Part shown: positions 30,937-40,857 of the stretch, piece after piece | Position numbering within the stretch: the stretch's first letter is position 1 | How the letters are laid out: each line of letters begins with the position of its first letter | NCBI GenBank assembly: GCA_033764315.1 | Contig: JANRJA010000145.1 | Span: 1 to 55,630, forward strand | DNA: 55,630 bases | Direction: 5' to 3' | Source: Oculatellaceae cyanobacterium bins.114 | GTDB taxonomy: Bacteria > Cyanobacteriota > Cyanobacteriia > Elainellales > Elainellaceae | Program-made: the position numbers and the translations under genes | The notes under the pieces: model-generated | Database searches by the model: none | Seen by the model: the letters and a program-made list of their open reading frames with translations, nothing else | What the model was told of the DNA's origin: nothing

Positions 30937-32055
30937 GTGCAACAACTCAATGCTGACCTGACTAAGACCGCAACCGACCGATCGCCCCATCCTCAAATTG
31001 CGATCGCCATTGGAGATCCGGCGGGTATTGGCCCTGAGGTTACACTCAAAGCGTTGGCTAACCCGGCTCTGACGTGTGATTGTGATATTACGGTTGTGGG
31101 CAGTCATCGGGTATTGCAACAAACCTATGATCGCCTCAAACAACTGCCTCACCTGGTTCACTATCCCCTTCCTAAACCAGATTCGCTACAGGTTATAGAT
31201 GTTGCACTTGAGTCAGAAACTGCAACGTCTATAACATTAGGCCAGGGAAATGAGACGAGTGGTGAGGCGAGTTTTCGCTATCTCGAAACGGCGATCGCGG
31301 GTGCCCTAAACGGTGACTTTCATGGTATTGTCACAGCTCCGATCTCCAAAGCAGCCTGGCATGCCGCCCAACATTTTTATCCAGGGCAGACCGAGCTACT
31401 GGCAGACCGAGCCGGGGTTGATCGATTTGGCATGTTATTTGTGGCGCGATCGCCCCACACGAATTGGACTCTTCGTACCCTGTTAGCCACGACTCATATT
31501 GCTCTGCGACAGGTGCCCGATGCTTTGACACCTGATCTGATGACCCTCAAGCTAGAACTGTTGATTGCCACCCTCGCTCAAGATTTTGGGATCACCACTC
31601 CCCGCATTGCGATCGCTGGGTTAAATCCTCATAGTGGTGAGCAGGGGCAACTGGGGCGTGAAGAAGTGGACTGGTTAATTCCGTGGATTCAGGCGATGGG
31701 CGATCGCTTTCCGGCTGTGCGTTTAGAGGGCCCCATTCCCCCTGATACTCTGTGGGTGCGTCCTGGTCAGGCATGGTATGGGTCGGCAGCTCAAACTCAT
31801 GCCCATGATGCCTACCTCGCTCTCTATCACGATCAGGGGTTAATTCCCGTGAAACTCTTAGCCTTTGATCAAGCTGTCAATACCACAATCGGATTACCCT
31901 TTGTTCGCACCTCCCCCGATCACGGCACCGCTTTTGATATCGCTGGACGGGGAATCGCAGATGCAGCTAGTATGCAATCGGCTCTGCAACTAGCCACAGA
32001 ACTGGTAAGCCAAAGGATGAAAGGGGAAAAGGGAAGGATGAAGGGTGAAGGATGA
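30937..32055 (+). CDS. pdxA: 4-hydroxythreonine-4-phosphate dehydrogenase
   Basis: [31 protein letters not shown] and [14 protein letters not shown]. Confidence 0.97.
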   Translation: MQQLNADLTKTATDRSPHPQIAIAIGDPAGIGPEVTLKALANPALTCDCDITVVGSHRVLQQTYDRLKQLPHLVHYPLPKPDSLQVIDVALESETATSITLGQGNETSGEASFRYLETAIAGALNGDFHGIVTAPISKAAWHAAQHFYPGQTELLADRAGVDRFGMLFVARSPHTNWTLRTLLATTHIALRQVPDALTPDLMTLKLELLIATLAQDFGITTPRIAIAGLNPHSGEQGQLGREEVDWLIPWIQAMGDRFPAVRLEGPIPPDTLWVRPGQAWYGSAAQTHAHDAYLALYHDQGLIPVKLLAFDQAVNTTIGLPFVRTSPDHGTAFDIAGRGIADAASMQSALQLATELVSQRMKGEKGRMKGEG

Positions 32056-32069
32056 AAAGGGAAGGATGA
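32012..32069 (+). repeat. Heptamer STRR-like tandem repeat
   Basis: About 8 AAGGATG-like units spanning the pdxA stop codon. Confidence 0.75.
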
Positions 32070-32170
32070 CAGAGAAAAGTGAGTGTTGCTGGATGCAACT
32101 ATGATTTCCCTCATCCCCGTCCCTTTTGCCTAAAAAGAAGAAAGCTAGGATCTAGTTTCTCTGACCTATA

Positions 32171-32453
32171 GGCTACCGTGTACACACAAGGCCCTAGCCT
32201 CCTAAATCCTCCAATTTTGGGGGACTTTGAGTCTTTGTCCAGGATTTTGAGCCGATCAGAAGCACCCGTACTGGGTACAGATGCGAAGCGCGTCTTTGGG
32301 TCAACCGCAACACCTTCGGCTAGGGGGTTTGGGGGAGGCAGTGGCGTCCCCCAATTGGGGGTTTGGGGGATTCTCCCCCAATGCCTGGTTTTCAAACTCA
32401 TTGAAGCAACCGAGTGTCTCATTGACAAAACAAAGATGTGTATACACGGCAGG
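32171..32453. mobile_element. MITE (about 280 bp)
   Basis: Terminal inverted repeats GGCTACCGTGTACACACA and TGTGTATACACGGCAGG; second partial copy at 20532-20754. Confidence 0.8.
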
Positions 32454-32485
32454 ACTTGTCGGGGAAGAGTTCCAGCTTTCTAACC

Positions 32486-32577
32486 TTTATCCTTCATCTT
32501 TTATTCTTTATTCTTTATTCTTTATCCTTCATCTTTTATCCTTTATCCTTTATTCTTTATTCTTTATCCTTCATCCC
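32486..32577. repeat. Heptamer STRR tandem repeat
   Basis: About 13 units of TTTATCC, TTTATTC, TTCATCT or TTCATCC. Confidence 0.9.
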
Positions 32578-33109
32578 TCTGCCCTTCCCCTTTTGTCTTC
32601 AACACATACTCTTTTGCCAAAGGTGCCAATTTTTCTTCTAATACAGAAATAATGGCGCGATCGCGCTCTGACCAGGCTCTGGGTTGCCCAAAGATACACG
32701 GCTGCAAAATGCCCCACAGTTGCCCGTCTTGTCGTAGGTGAGCATGAACGAGAGCCCGATGCCCAAAATATTGACGCTCAAAGTCTCGATTGAGCACGGT
32801 TGCGTCGGCAGTTTCTACATCCTCGACATAAACGGAGGGCTTGCCTTGCAAGGCGGCTGCAAACAGAGGATCTTCTTTTTCCCACTCGTCTTCCTGCCTC
32901 CACTGATAGTCAGTCATATCGGGCACCTCTGGCTTGCGTCGCCAACAATAGGCTACTTTGCCGATGCGTGTTGAGGGATTGCGGAGCATCAAAAAACAGC
33001 GATCGCACTCTAACACCTCACACAGAGGAGGCAGCACCCCTGAGAACACCGCCTCTGGTTCCTGGGACTGATCAAAAACAACTTGCAACTCTGGTGGTAA
33101 TTGAGTCAT
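32564..33109 (-). CDS. Stand-alone GAF domain protein
   Basis: LECDRCFL...GQLWGIL...PRAWSERD pattern typical of GAF domains. Confidence 0.85.
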   Translation of the reverse strand: MTQLPPELQVVFDQSQEPEAVFSGVLPPLCEVLECDRCFLMLRNPSTRIGKVAYCWRRKPEVPDMTDYQWRQEDEWEKEDPLFAAALQGKPSVYVEDVETADATVLNRDFERQYFGHRALVHAHLRQDGQLWGILQPCIFGQPRAWSERDRAIISVLEEKLAPLAKEYVLKTKGEGQRDEG

Positions 33110-33204
33110 GACTATACGCAAAAATAAAATAAGGTCGTTAATATGTCCATTGTTAATCGTTCTACCTATTGACGATCACCTGTATATCCGATTATGTTGA
33201 CCTA

Positions 33205-33358
33205 TTTAACGGGATGTACAACTAATTTGCCCTCATCCCAACCTTTCTCCTGTAGGCGAAGGTCTTCCAGGGACTCCAGTTCCCTCTCCTGTGGGAGAGG
33301 GCCAGGGTGAGGGTCAGAACTGGCGGGAGTTTCAGAAAAGTTGCACATTAGGTTATTT
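33205..33358. mobile_element. MITE-like element containing the CCCTCATCCC...GGGTGAGGG repeat
   Basis: Imperfect outer inverted repeat (ATGTACAACT / AGTTGCACAT) around the palindromic core. Confidence 0.55.
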
Positions 33359-33437
33359 ACGGCTTTCATATTGTGATCGTTTGACCACAAATCTTAGGTG
33401 ATTCTTTAAGTTGTAATGAGCAGGGAGAGGGCTGAGG

Positions 33438-34814
33438 TTGAGCGATCGATCTGAATTGATGCAAGAGCAAGCGTGGGAATTGCTCGAAAACTCTATTTTG
33501 TTTTACCGAGAGCAACCGATTGGCACGATCGCAGCTCGCGATCCAGACGGTGCTTCACTCAATTACGACCAGTGTTTTGTGCGAGACTTTGTTTCCTCAG
33601 GATTGCTTTTTTTGCTAAAAGGCAAACCCGACATTGTCCGCAACTTTTTAGAGGAAACCCTCAAACTCCAACCTAAAACAGGGCAATTTGACTCCTCAAA
33701 GCCCAGTCGTGGGTTAATGCCTGCCAGCTTTAAGATTCAAACCATTGGCACGCAGGAACATCTCAAAGCTGATTTTGGAGATTATGCCATTGGGCGAGTG
33801 GCTCCGGCTGACTCTGGCTTGTGGTGGATCATTTTGCTGCGGGCTTATGCGATCGCCACTCAAGATAGAGATCTAGTGCAGCGAGCCGACTTTCAAGAAG
33901 GCATTCGGCTCATTCTCGAACTCTGTCTGGTGATTCGCTTTGATATGTATCCAATGGTGTTGGTGCCCGATGCTGCCAGCATGATTGATCGTCGCATGGG
34001 GTTGTATGGACATCCCCTCGATATTCAGTCCCTGTTTTATGCGGCATTAAGAGCTAGCCTTGAGCTTTTAGTGCCAAATGCTGACAATCAAAATATTTTG
34101 CTGGCTGTTCGCCGTCGCCTACCCCCGTTGCTCAAACAACTCCGAGAAAATTATTGGATCGACCCAGAACGGTTGAATGTGATCTATCGCTATCGAGTTG
34201 AAGAATATGGCGAAGAAGCACTTAACCAATTCAATATTTTTTCAGACTCCATTCCCTTTTATCGGTTGGCAAAATGGTTGCCAGAAGCAGGAGGCTATCT
34301 CGCTGGCAATCTGGGCCCCTCTCAACTCGATACTCGTTTCTTTGCCATTGGCAATTTGATGGCTATCATTACAGCTTTGACCAACGAATATCAGTCCCAT
34401 TGCATTCTTAACGTGATTGAATTGCGATGGAACGATTTGATCGGTCAAATGCCAATGAAATTGTGTTTTCCAGCGTTAGAAGATTCAGATTGGAAAACAG
34501 TCACAGGTGCCGATCCTAAAAATCGTCCTTGGTCTTATCACAATGGCGGCAGTTGGCCTGTTTTGTTGTGGATGCTAGCGGCGGCTGCCAAAAAAATGGG
34601 GCGCGGAGAATTGGCACTGCATGCGATCGCCATTGCTGAACGACGACTCTTATTTGACCAGTGGCCCGAATACTATGATGGCCCCGATGCTCGTCTGATT
34701 GGCAAGGAAGCTCGACGCTTTCAAACCTGGACGATTACTGGTTACTTGTTAACTAAAGAGTTGATTGCTAACCCTAGTCATCTCAAACTCATCACCTTTG
34801 AAGAGGAAGATTGA
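33438..34814 (+). CDS. Alkaline/neutral invertase (GH100)
   Basis: LNYDQCFVRDF, DSGLWWIILLRAY, MIDRRMG, YHNGGSWP and WPEYYDG. Confidence 0.96.
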   Translation: MSDRSELMQEQAWELLENSILFYREQPIGTIAARDPDGASLNYDQCFVRDFVSSGLLFLLKGKPDIVRNFLEETLKLQPKTGQFDSSKPSRGLMPASFKIQTIGTQEHLKADFGDYAIGRVAPADSGLWWIILLRAYAIATQDRDLVQRADFQEGIRLILELCLVIRFDMYPMVLVPDAASMIDRRMGLYGHPLDIQSLFYAALRASLELLVPNADNQNILLAVRRRLPPLLKQLRENYWIDPERLNVIYRYRVEEYGEEALNQFNIFSDSIPFYRLAKWLPEAGGYLAGNLGPSQLDTRFFAIGNLMAIITALTNEYQSHCILNVIELRWNDLIGQMPMKLCFPALEDSDWKTVTGADPKNRPWSYHNGGSWPVLLWMLAAAAKKMGRGELALHAIAIAERRLLFDQWPEYYDGPDARLIGKEARRFQTWTITGYLLTKELIANPSHLKLITFEEED

Positions 34815-34956
34815 AATAGCGGTTTCAAGCCAAGTGTCAATAGTGTTGTGGTGGGCTAAATCAGAAGGTTTAAACCCAGATGTAATTAAAAAAGATGTAC
34901 AGAGATCAGGTGAGTTATTTGATTGAAGAAGAAATGAAACGATTGGAAGGCTAAAA

Positions 34957-35433
34957 ATGTCTGAACATTTTGCGATAGTTCAATGGTATCGGAGTCAAGA
35001 AAAATTCACAGATAACCGATATAGTCGTGAACACACCTGGAGATTTGATGGAGGAGCTGAGGTGTCTGCCTCCGCTTCGCCTCACGTTGTTCCTGAGCCT
35101 TATTCTAATGCCGCTTATATTGATCCAGAAGAGGCGTTTATAGCGTCTCTGTCGAGTTGTCATATGTTGTGGTTTCTCTCTATTGCCGCCAAACAAAAGT
35201 TTGTGGTTGAGAGTTATGTTGACCAAGCCGTAGGCATCATGGACAAAAATGAACAGGGGAAATTAGCGATTACGACAGTGTATTTGCGCCCGCAGGTGGC
35301 TTTTGCAGAAGACCACTCACCAACAACGCAACAGATTGAAACGATGCACGAAGAAGCCCATCACAGTTGTTTTTTGGCAAGTTCTGTGAAGTCAGCGGTG
35401 ATTGTTGAAGCGATCGCCCCACCCGCAAAATAG
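34957..35433 (+). CDS. OsmC family protein
   Basis: DPEEAFIASLSSCHML and AHHSCFLASSV (two conserved Cys). Confidence 0.92.
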   Translation: MSEHFAIVQWYRSQEKFTDNRYSREHTWRFDGGAEVSASASPHVVPEPYSNAAYIDPEEAFIASLSSCHMLWFLSIAAKQKFVVESYVDQAVGIMDKNEQGKLAITTVYLRPQVAFAEDHSPTTQQIETMHEEAHHSCFLASSVKSAVIVEAIAPPAK

Positions 35434-35541
35434 TCAGAATTTGCCTTGAGAGATCCCCTTTTAGCAGATGCTTGATCGATCATTCAAGAATGTTTATAGT
35501 GATGATGGATAGATCAGTCAAGTTCTGAGTTTAAGCGATCT

Positions 35542-36126
35542 GTGGTTCGGCAAAGAGAATTCGATACAGATGAGGTGTTGGCGATCGCTATGGACTTGTT
35601 CTGGCAGCGTGGCTACACCAACACGTCTATGAAAGATGTGGTACAAGCCACAGGAGTTCAACCTGGCAGTCTCTACAGTGCCTTTGGTGACAAAGAAAAG
35701 CTGTTTCAGCAGGCACTTCGCAAATATACACAAGATTTCTTTCGTGCCTCAATGCCACGTCATTGTCCGCCGCTAGATTGTATTCAGCAATGGTTTGAGC
35801 GTTTAGCGCAAGCGATGACCAGTGATCCCAAACAAAAGGGGTGTTTGATCATCAACACAGCGATGGAACGAGAAGCCCATTCGTCTAGCACGATCGCCAT
35901 TATTGAAGATCGGCTCGATGAAATCGAATCTTTCTTTCGCCAAAATTTGCAGCAAGCCAAAGCAGATGGGGATTTGCCAAAATCTCTAGACATCGATGTT
36001 ACGGCAAAATTTTTGTTAGGGGCTGTTGTGGGCATGTTGTCAGTTGCCCGTATGCATCGGGATGCTCAAACGCTGAATAGCATTGCACTAGGGGCGATCG
36101 CTCTGCTCAAACCAGGTCAACCATAA
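35542..36126 (+). CDS. TetR family regulator
   Basis: N-terminal HTH (FWQRGY...SLYSAFGDKEKLF) and KGCLIIN. Confidence 0.95.
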   Translation: MVRQREFDTDEVLAIAMDLFWQRGYTNTSMKDVVQATGVQPGSLYSAFGDKEKLFQQALRKYTQDFFRASMPRHCPPLDCIQQWFERLAQAMTSDPKQKGCLIINTAMEREAHSSSTIAIIEDRLDEIESFFRQNLQQAKADGDLPKSLDIDVTAKFLLGAVVGMLSVARMHRDAQTLNSIALGAIALLKPGQP

Positions 36127-36293
36127 GATTAGGTTTGATATTATTCTCTAAATTTTGAACAGTTATTCAGGAATACAGACTGAAATAGCGGCCAATTGCG
36201 TCATGCTGTGGCGATTCTTTTGGGCATGAATTGCTACTCCTAAAGCTTCCCACCAATTTATCTGCTGATTAGCAAGAAACTTTGAGAATTGAC

Positions 36294-36354
36294 TTGACAG
36301 GTAAATTATTCTGACGCTATCTTGAACGAGTATTCAATTTGAGCGAACGTTCAA
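36294..36354 (+). promoter_or_regulatory. Putative GST promoter with two TetR-type operators
   Basis: TTGACA (36294) and TATCTT (36318). The palindromes TTGAACGAGTATTCAA and TTGAGCGAACGTTCAA overlap or follow the -10 box; similar sites occur at 35472 and 36155. Confidence 0.6.
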
Positions 36355-36380
36355 GAACAATTACCTCAACCAAAAACATC

Positions 36381-37031
36381 ATGAGTGAACTGATTCTGTA
36401 TGGGTTTCCAGTGAGTCCTTATGTGCGATCGGCGCGCATTGCCTTGATTGAAAAAGGAGTGAATTACCACTTCAACGAAATTGGGTTTGACCATCTTGCT
36501 ACCGATGAATACGTTAAGCTCAATCCCTTTCGCAAGATGCCTGTTTTGCAGCAAGCGAATTTTGTTCTCTACGAAACTCCGGCTATTTTGAGTTACGTTG
36601 ACGAAGCATTTGATGGAGCCTCTTTGCAACCTGCTGATGTTAAAGCACGAGCACACATGCGAAAGTGGCTAGGTATTGCGGCTAATGTCTTATATCCCGT
36701 TGGGGTCATGCAACTGTTTCTACACCGAGTTATGTTTCCAATTATGGGAAATGCACCCGATGAAACGGTTGTAGCCACCTCAGTAGAGGCGATCGCCTCC
36801 TATCTTGATGTGCTCGAACGTGAGCTTGAACATGCATTTTTGGTGAGTGACACCTTAAGTCTGGCAGACATCATGACCGGAGCAATGGTGGATTACATCA
36901 ACTTGACCAAAGAAGGTGCGGCGTTGATTCAGGCTCGACCTAAAACGGCTGTGTGGTTGAGTCAACTCAGTCAGAGAGCCAGTTTTCAGCAGACTCTAGC
37001 CAGTCTATTGCAAGGTCAGGAACAACCCTAG
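36381..37031 (+). CDS. Glutathione S-transferase
   Basis: SPYVR, LNPFRKMPVL, LYETPAILSY and LSLADI. Confidence 0.93.
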   Translation: MSELILYGFPVSPYVRSARIALIEKGVNYHFNEIGFDHLATDEYVKLNPFRKMPVLQQANFVLYETPAILSYVDEAFDGASLQPADVKARAHMRKWLGIAANVLYPVGVMQLFLHRVMFPIMGNAPDETVVATSVEAIASYLDVLERELEHAFLVSDTLSLADIMTGAMVDYINLTKEGAALIQARPKTAVWLSQLSQRASFQQTLASLLQGQEQP

Positions 37032-37044
37032 AGAGACTTAAACC

Positions 37045-37767
37045 ATGAGTGTGTATACCTTAAAAAATCAGCATGTTGTGATCATCGGTGGCAGCAGTGG
37101 CATTGGGTTGGCAACCGGAACTCTTGCCAAACAGTTAGAGGCAGACGTGACTTTGATTAGCCGTGATGCTAAGAAACTAAATCAAGCCGCTCAACAGATT
37201 GGTAATGTGCGAACGGCGATCGCCGATTTTACAGATGAAGCGGCCATTCGTCAGGCGATCGCCGGCTTGCCCACCATTCACCATGTCTATATTGCCGCAG
37301 GAAGTTTTGTCGGAGGCAATGTCTTAGAAGGAAACATGGCTGATTTTCGTCGAGCGATCGATACCCGTGTTTGGGGGTCAGTGCATGTGGTGCGATCGGC
37401 TGTGCCCAACATGAATGGAACTGGCTCACTAACGTTTACGGGAGGACTATCGACCGATCGTCCTGTAGCCGGGGCTTGGGCGACTGCGGTTGCCACTGCC
37501 GCTGCTGAACAATTAGCACGAGCCTTGGCACTTGAGTTAGCTCCCATCCGAGTTAATGCCGTTTCACCAGGTTGGACGGACACCCCCATGTGGAATGACA
37601 TTTTGGGAGAAGCGAAGCAGGATGTATTTGGTGGAGTTGCGACTCAAGTTCCAGTGAAACGCCTCTCAACGGCAGCAGATGTTGCCCAAGCGGTGCTTTT
37701 TCTCATGAGCAGTGAAACTATCACAGGAGAAGTGATCCATGTAGATAGCGGACACCGTCTGGTTTGA
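37045..37767 (+). CDS. SDR family oxidoreductase (atypical)
   Basis: GGSSGIG and RVNAVSPG; lacks YxxxK. Confidence 0.88.
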   Translation: MSVYTLKNQHVVIIGGSSGIGLATGTLAKQLEADVTLISRDAKKLNQAAQQIGNVRTAIADFTDEAAIRQAIAGLPTIHHVYIAAGSFVGGNVLEGNMADFRRAIDTRVWGSVHVVRSAVPNMNGTGSLTFTGGLSTDRPVAGAWATAVATAAAEQLARALALELAPIRVNAVSPGWTDTPMWNDILGEAKQDVFGGVATQVPVKRLSTAADVAQAVLFLMSSETITGEVIHVDSGHRLV

Positions 37768-37795
37768 TTTAGCTGGATATGGATTAGGAGTTGTC

Positions 37796-38776
37796 TCAAA
37801 CTTTGTGTTGCACTGAGAGCGTATTGCGTTCCCAAAACACACCCTTAGAAAAGCCTTGAATCTCTGGAGTGATCTCAGCCAACTCTAATCTTCTCTCTGC
37901 CAGCAAACAATACTCCTCACTCAAGTCAATTCCTAAGTACTGTCTGCCTAACTTCTTGCAAACAACAGATGACGTTCCGCTGCCTAAATAGGGATCAAGC
38001 ACGCGATCGTTGGGATTTGTACTTGCCAGCACCAGCTTGGCAATCAACTTCTCACTTTTTTGAGTGGGATGCAGGGTATTCTCTGGCATCGACCAAAATG
38101 GAACCGTAATATCAGTCCAAATATTAGAAGGATGGGTATCTCTAAAGTTGCCACTGGCTGTCGTGTCCCAATCTTTTGGAGTGCCATCGGTGTTTCGATA
38201 AGGAGCCAGGACTTTACGCCGGAGTTTCACCGCCTCTAAATTAAACGTATAGTGATCAGAGACTGTGCAAAACCAGATATCCTCACTCGAATTCTTCCAG
38301 TTTGATTTAGCTCCTCGTCCTTTTTCTCGCTCCCAGGTAATGCGGTTGCGAACTGTGAAGTGTGACGAAGCAACGGCAAAAATTGAGGCTGAGGTTAACC
38401 AATCTCCGCAGATGTAGATCGACGCTGTATCCGTAAGGAGAGGCTTGAATGTGGTCACAACTGCTTCAAGCCAAACCGAGTATTCATCTACTTTTCGTTT
38501 TGCAAACTTATATCCATCAAAATCCTTGCTGAGATTGTAGGGAGGATCCAGCAGGAGGAGATCTACTGATTTGAGAGGCAACTGTTTTGCAAGCTGGGTT
38601 GAGTCGCCCTGCATTGTGCCCGTTGGAAACTCAGAGAAGTAACCTTCAGACGGCACTTTTAGGAGTCGTTGACGTAATCGATCGCGATCGCCCTCTGTTA
38701 ACTCAAGGGTGCGGTTCATCGGTGCACGTCTTTTGTTAGCTGAATGGGGTCTGGATGGCTCACCCTGATCTTTCAT
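37796..38776 (-). CDS. Orphan N4-C/N6-A DNA methyltransferase (beta class)
   Basis: DPPY comes before HPTQK and the SAM-binding motif DPYLGSG. Start uncertain. Confidence 0.92.
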   Translation of the reverse strand: MKDQGEPSRPHSANKRRAPMNRTLELTEGDRDRLRQRLLKVPSEGYFSEFPTGTMQGDSTQLAKQLPLKSVDLLLLDPPYNLSKDFDGYKFAKRKVDEYSVWLEAVVTTFKPLLTDTASIYICGDWLTSASIFAVASSHFTVRNRITWEREKGRGAKSNWKNSSEDIWFCTVSDHYTFNLEAVKLRRKVLAPYRNTDGTPKDWDTTASGNFRDTHPSNIWTDITVPFWSMPENTLHPTQKSEKLIAKLVLASTNPNDRVLDPYLGSGTSSVVCKKLGRQYLGIDLSEEYCLLAERRLELAEITPEIQGFSKGVFWERNTLSVQHKV

Positions 38777-39012
38777 TCGTGTGTGTAGTTGCCCAACGGC
38801 TATGGGCAAAGGACTTTGCCGAGTTTAATCCCTCTTTTTTAAAAAGGGTTAGAAATGTCAAAAGCTCTTAAAACATAGCCTAGTATAAAGTGGCAAGAAT
38901 TCCCCTGCTATAGTGCAGGCATCTTGCTTGCGTCAGTAGGACACTCACCCTATCAACAGTGGCTTGGTTTAAGCCCAGACTGGCCCCTTGCCCACAAGTC
39001 ATGAGCGGTTTC

Positions 39013-39858
39013 CTAGCCAGGTACGCGAACTAGCAAAACTGGGCAGTTGGCATACACTCGAATGTAGTCTGACAAAGATTGCCCTAACAGGCGATCGAGA
39101 TCGGGCAACGCTTTAGCGATCGAAGGACGACGCTCAGGAGAACCCAACACCAATAAATCGACACTCAACTCTTCTGCAACCTGGCAAATCCGCTCACCTG
39201 GTTTGCCTACGGGAGCCACTGTCTTACAGTTAATCCCTAATTTTTTGGCTTCGTTTGCAGCGGCAATGAGTAACGGATCTTCCTCTGGATTTGGAATTTC
39301 ACCCGGTTTGATCTTCATATCTGGGTTGGCGTGAACGAGTACTAACTGGCCGCCTTTAATGTCTCGTAAAAATGTTAATGCTTGAGCCAGAGCTTGTTTT
39401 GCAGGCTCCGATTTATCTAACGCCACCATGACCCGGTTAATTTTTTTGACGTAGATATCGTCTCTAACTAGCAACATGGGACGAGAGGCCAACTGAAACA
39501 CATATTGGCTGACTGAGTTTTCTAGAATGGATTGCAAACGTTTCAGCCCTCTCGATCCCATAATAATCAAGTCAGCATCGATTTCATCTGCCACTCGACA
39601 AACTACGTCTTTAGGGTCACCTTCACGCAAAATTGCGGTTACTCGATTGGGGTCAAGCTTTAATTGCTGGACTGCTTTTGCCAAAAGCTTGCCGCCTTCT
39701 TCCCACTTATCGGTCATTGTCTCGGCAGAAACTTGCGGTGGAACGACGTGGAGTATGGTGATGGCCGCTCCCCCGATTGCAGGAATTTCCATCAGTGCCT
39801 TTAACATCTCCTCGGTTTGTCCCGTTCCAGAGTTGGCTAGCAAAATTTTTTCTATCAT
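39013..39858 (-). CDS. Tandem universal stress protein
   Basis: Two USP domains (DLIIMGSRG...SVSQY and DLLVLGS...CPVLLVR). Confidence 0.93.
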   Translation of the reverse strand: MIEKILLANSGTGQTEEMLKALMEIPAIGGAAITILHVVPPQVSAETMTDKWEEGGKLLAKAVQQLKLDPNRVTAILREGDPKDVVCRVADEIDADLIIMGSRGLKRLQSILENSVSQYVFQLASRPMLLVRDDIYVKKINRVMVALDKSEPAKQALAQALTFLRDIKGGQLVLVHANPDMKIKPGEIPNPEEDPLLIAAANEAKKLGINCKTVAPVGKPGERICQVAEELSVDLLVLGSPERRPSIAKALPDLDRLLGQSLSDYIRVYANCPVLLVRVPG

Positions 39859-40228
39859 GATTGCCCCTTAACAAAAATTTTCAAGTTGCATCAAGTCCGG
39901 TTCTTACTGATACTAAAAGCTCAGAAAATGAACCGACTGTTTGAGGCTGAAATCTATCCTTACAACCAGCAATCATACTCCTGACGATGCAATGTTTGAT
40001 GGGTTTTATCATTTAAATTTACGTCGATGTTATTAATAGTTTCTAATCAATGATGGCAGTAGTAAACCTACATAAAAGCCCTATCATTTCAGGGAAGCGA
40101 GCAAAATTGAGATAAGATTGTCGAAATTTCTTATGCAGCGATCGCCCCCTTATCGCCTGAAAGATTATGTAAAAATAGGTATAGAAATATAACTTTTAGT
40201 ACAACTTGGATTGTTCAGGAATATCTCT

Positions 40229-40699
40229 ATGCAACCTGAGTTAGAGTCAACTAGCGCGATCGCCCCATCTTCTCCAACAACGGATACAAAATGGTTTGAA
40301 TATCTTGTTAGAGTGCAGCCCCATCACACCGATTATTCGGGTGCAGTCTGGCATGGCTCCTACATCGTTTGGATGGAGGAAGCACGGGTAGAATGCCTGC
40401 GATCGCTGGGAGTCAATTTTGCCGATCTCGTTGCATTAGGCTGTGATTTGCCCGTTGTTGAATTATCCATTCGCTATCACCGCTCTATGCAAATGGGGAT
40501 GGAAGCTGCTGTTAAGACTCGCATGAGCAGCATTGAAGGAGTGCGAATCAACTGGGACTACTGCATCCAGGCACCTGATACTCAAGAAATTTACGTTACG
40601 GCTCAGGTGACATTGGTAACAGTCGATCGCGAAAAAGGTAAAATTATGCGGCAATTGCCTACTTCGGTTAAAGATGCCTTAATGCGGCTCTCAGTGTAG
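40229..40699 (+). CDS. Acyl-CoA thioesterase (4HBT/YbgC family)
   Basis: HTDYSGAVWHGSYIVWMEEAR hot-dog fold motif. Confidence 0.9.
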   Translation: MQPELESTSAIAPSSPTTDTKWFEYLVRVQPHHTDYSGAVWHGSYIVWMEEARVECLRSLGVNFADLVALGCDLPVVELSIRYHRSMQMGMEAAVKTRMSSIEGVRINWDYCIQAPDTQEIYVTAQVTLVTVDREKGKIMRQLPTSVKDALMRLSV

Positions 40700-40857
40700 C
40701 AGGGAAGGTTATTTCTGGCACGGGTTACCCAATCAATGCTTTAGAATCTTCGAGGTTTGATAATTCTTTAGCAAAATTTGTCACACGGTCTGGTGATTTC
40801 TCTGATTTCAAGCACACACTATTGTAAACACGGTCTGCTATCTCCCTGACTAACCCT

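Noticed and set aside
39860..40210. psbM, which I recall near this USP/thioesterase pair in some cyanobacteria
   Set aside because: I found no PsbM-like reading frame in the interval.
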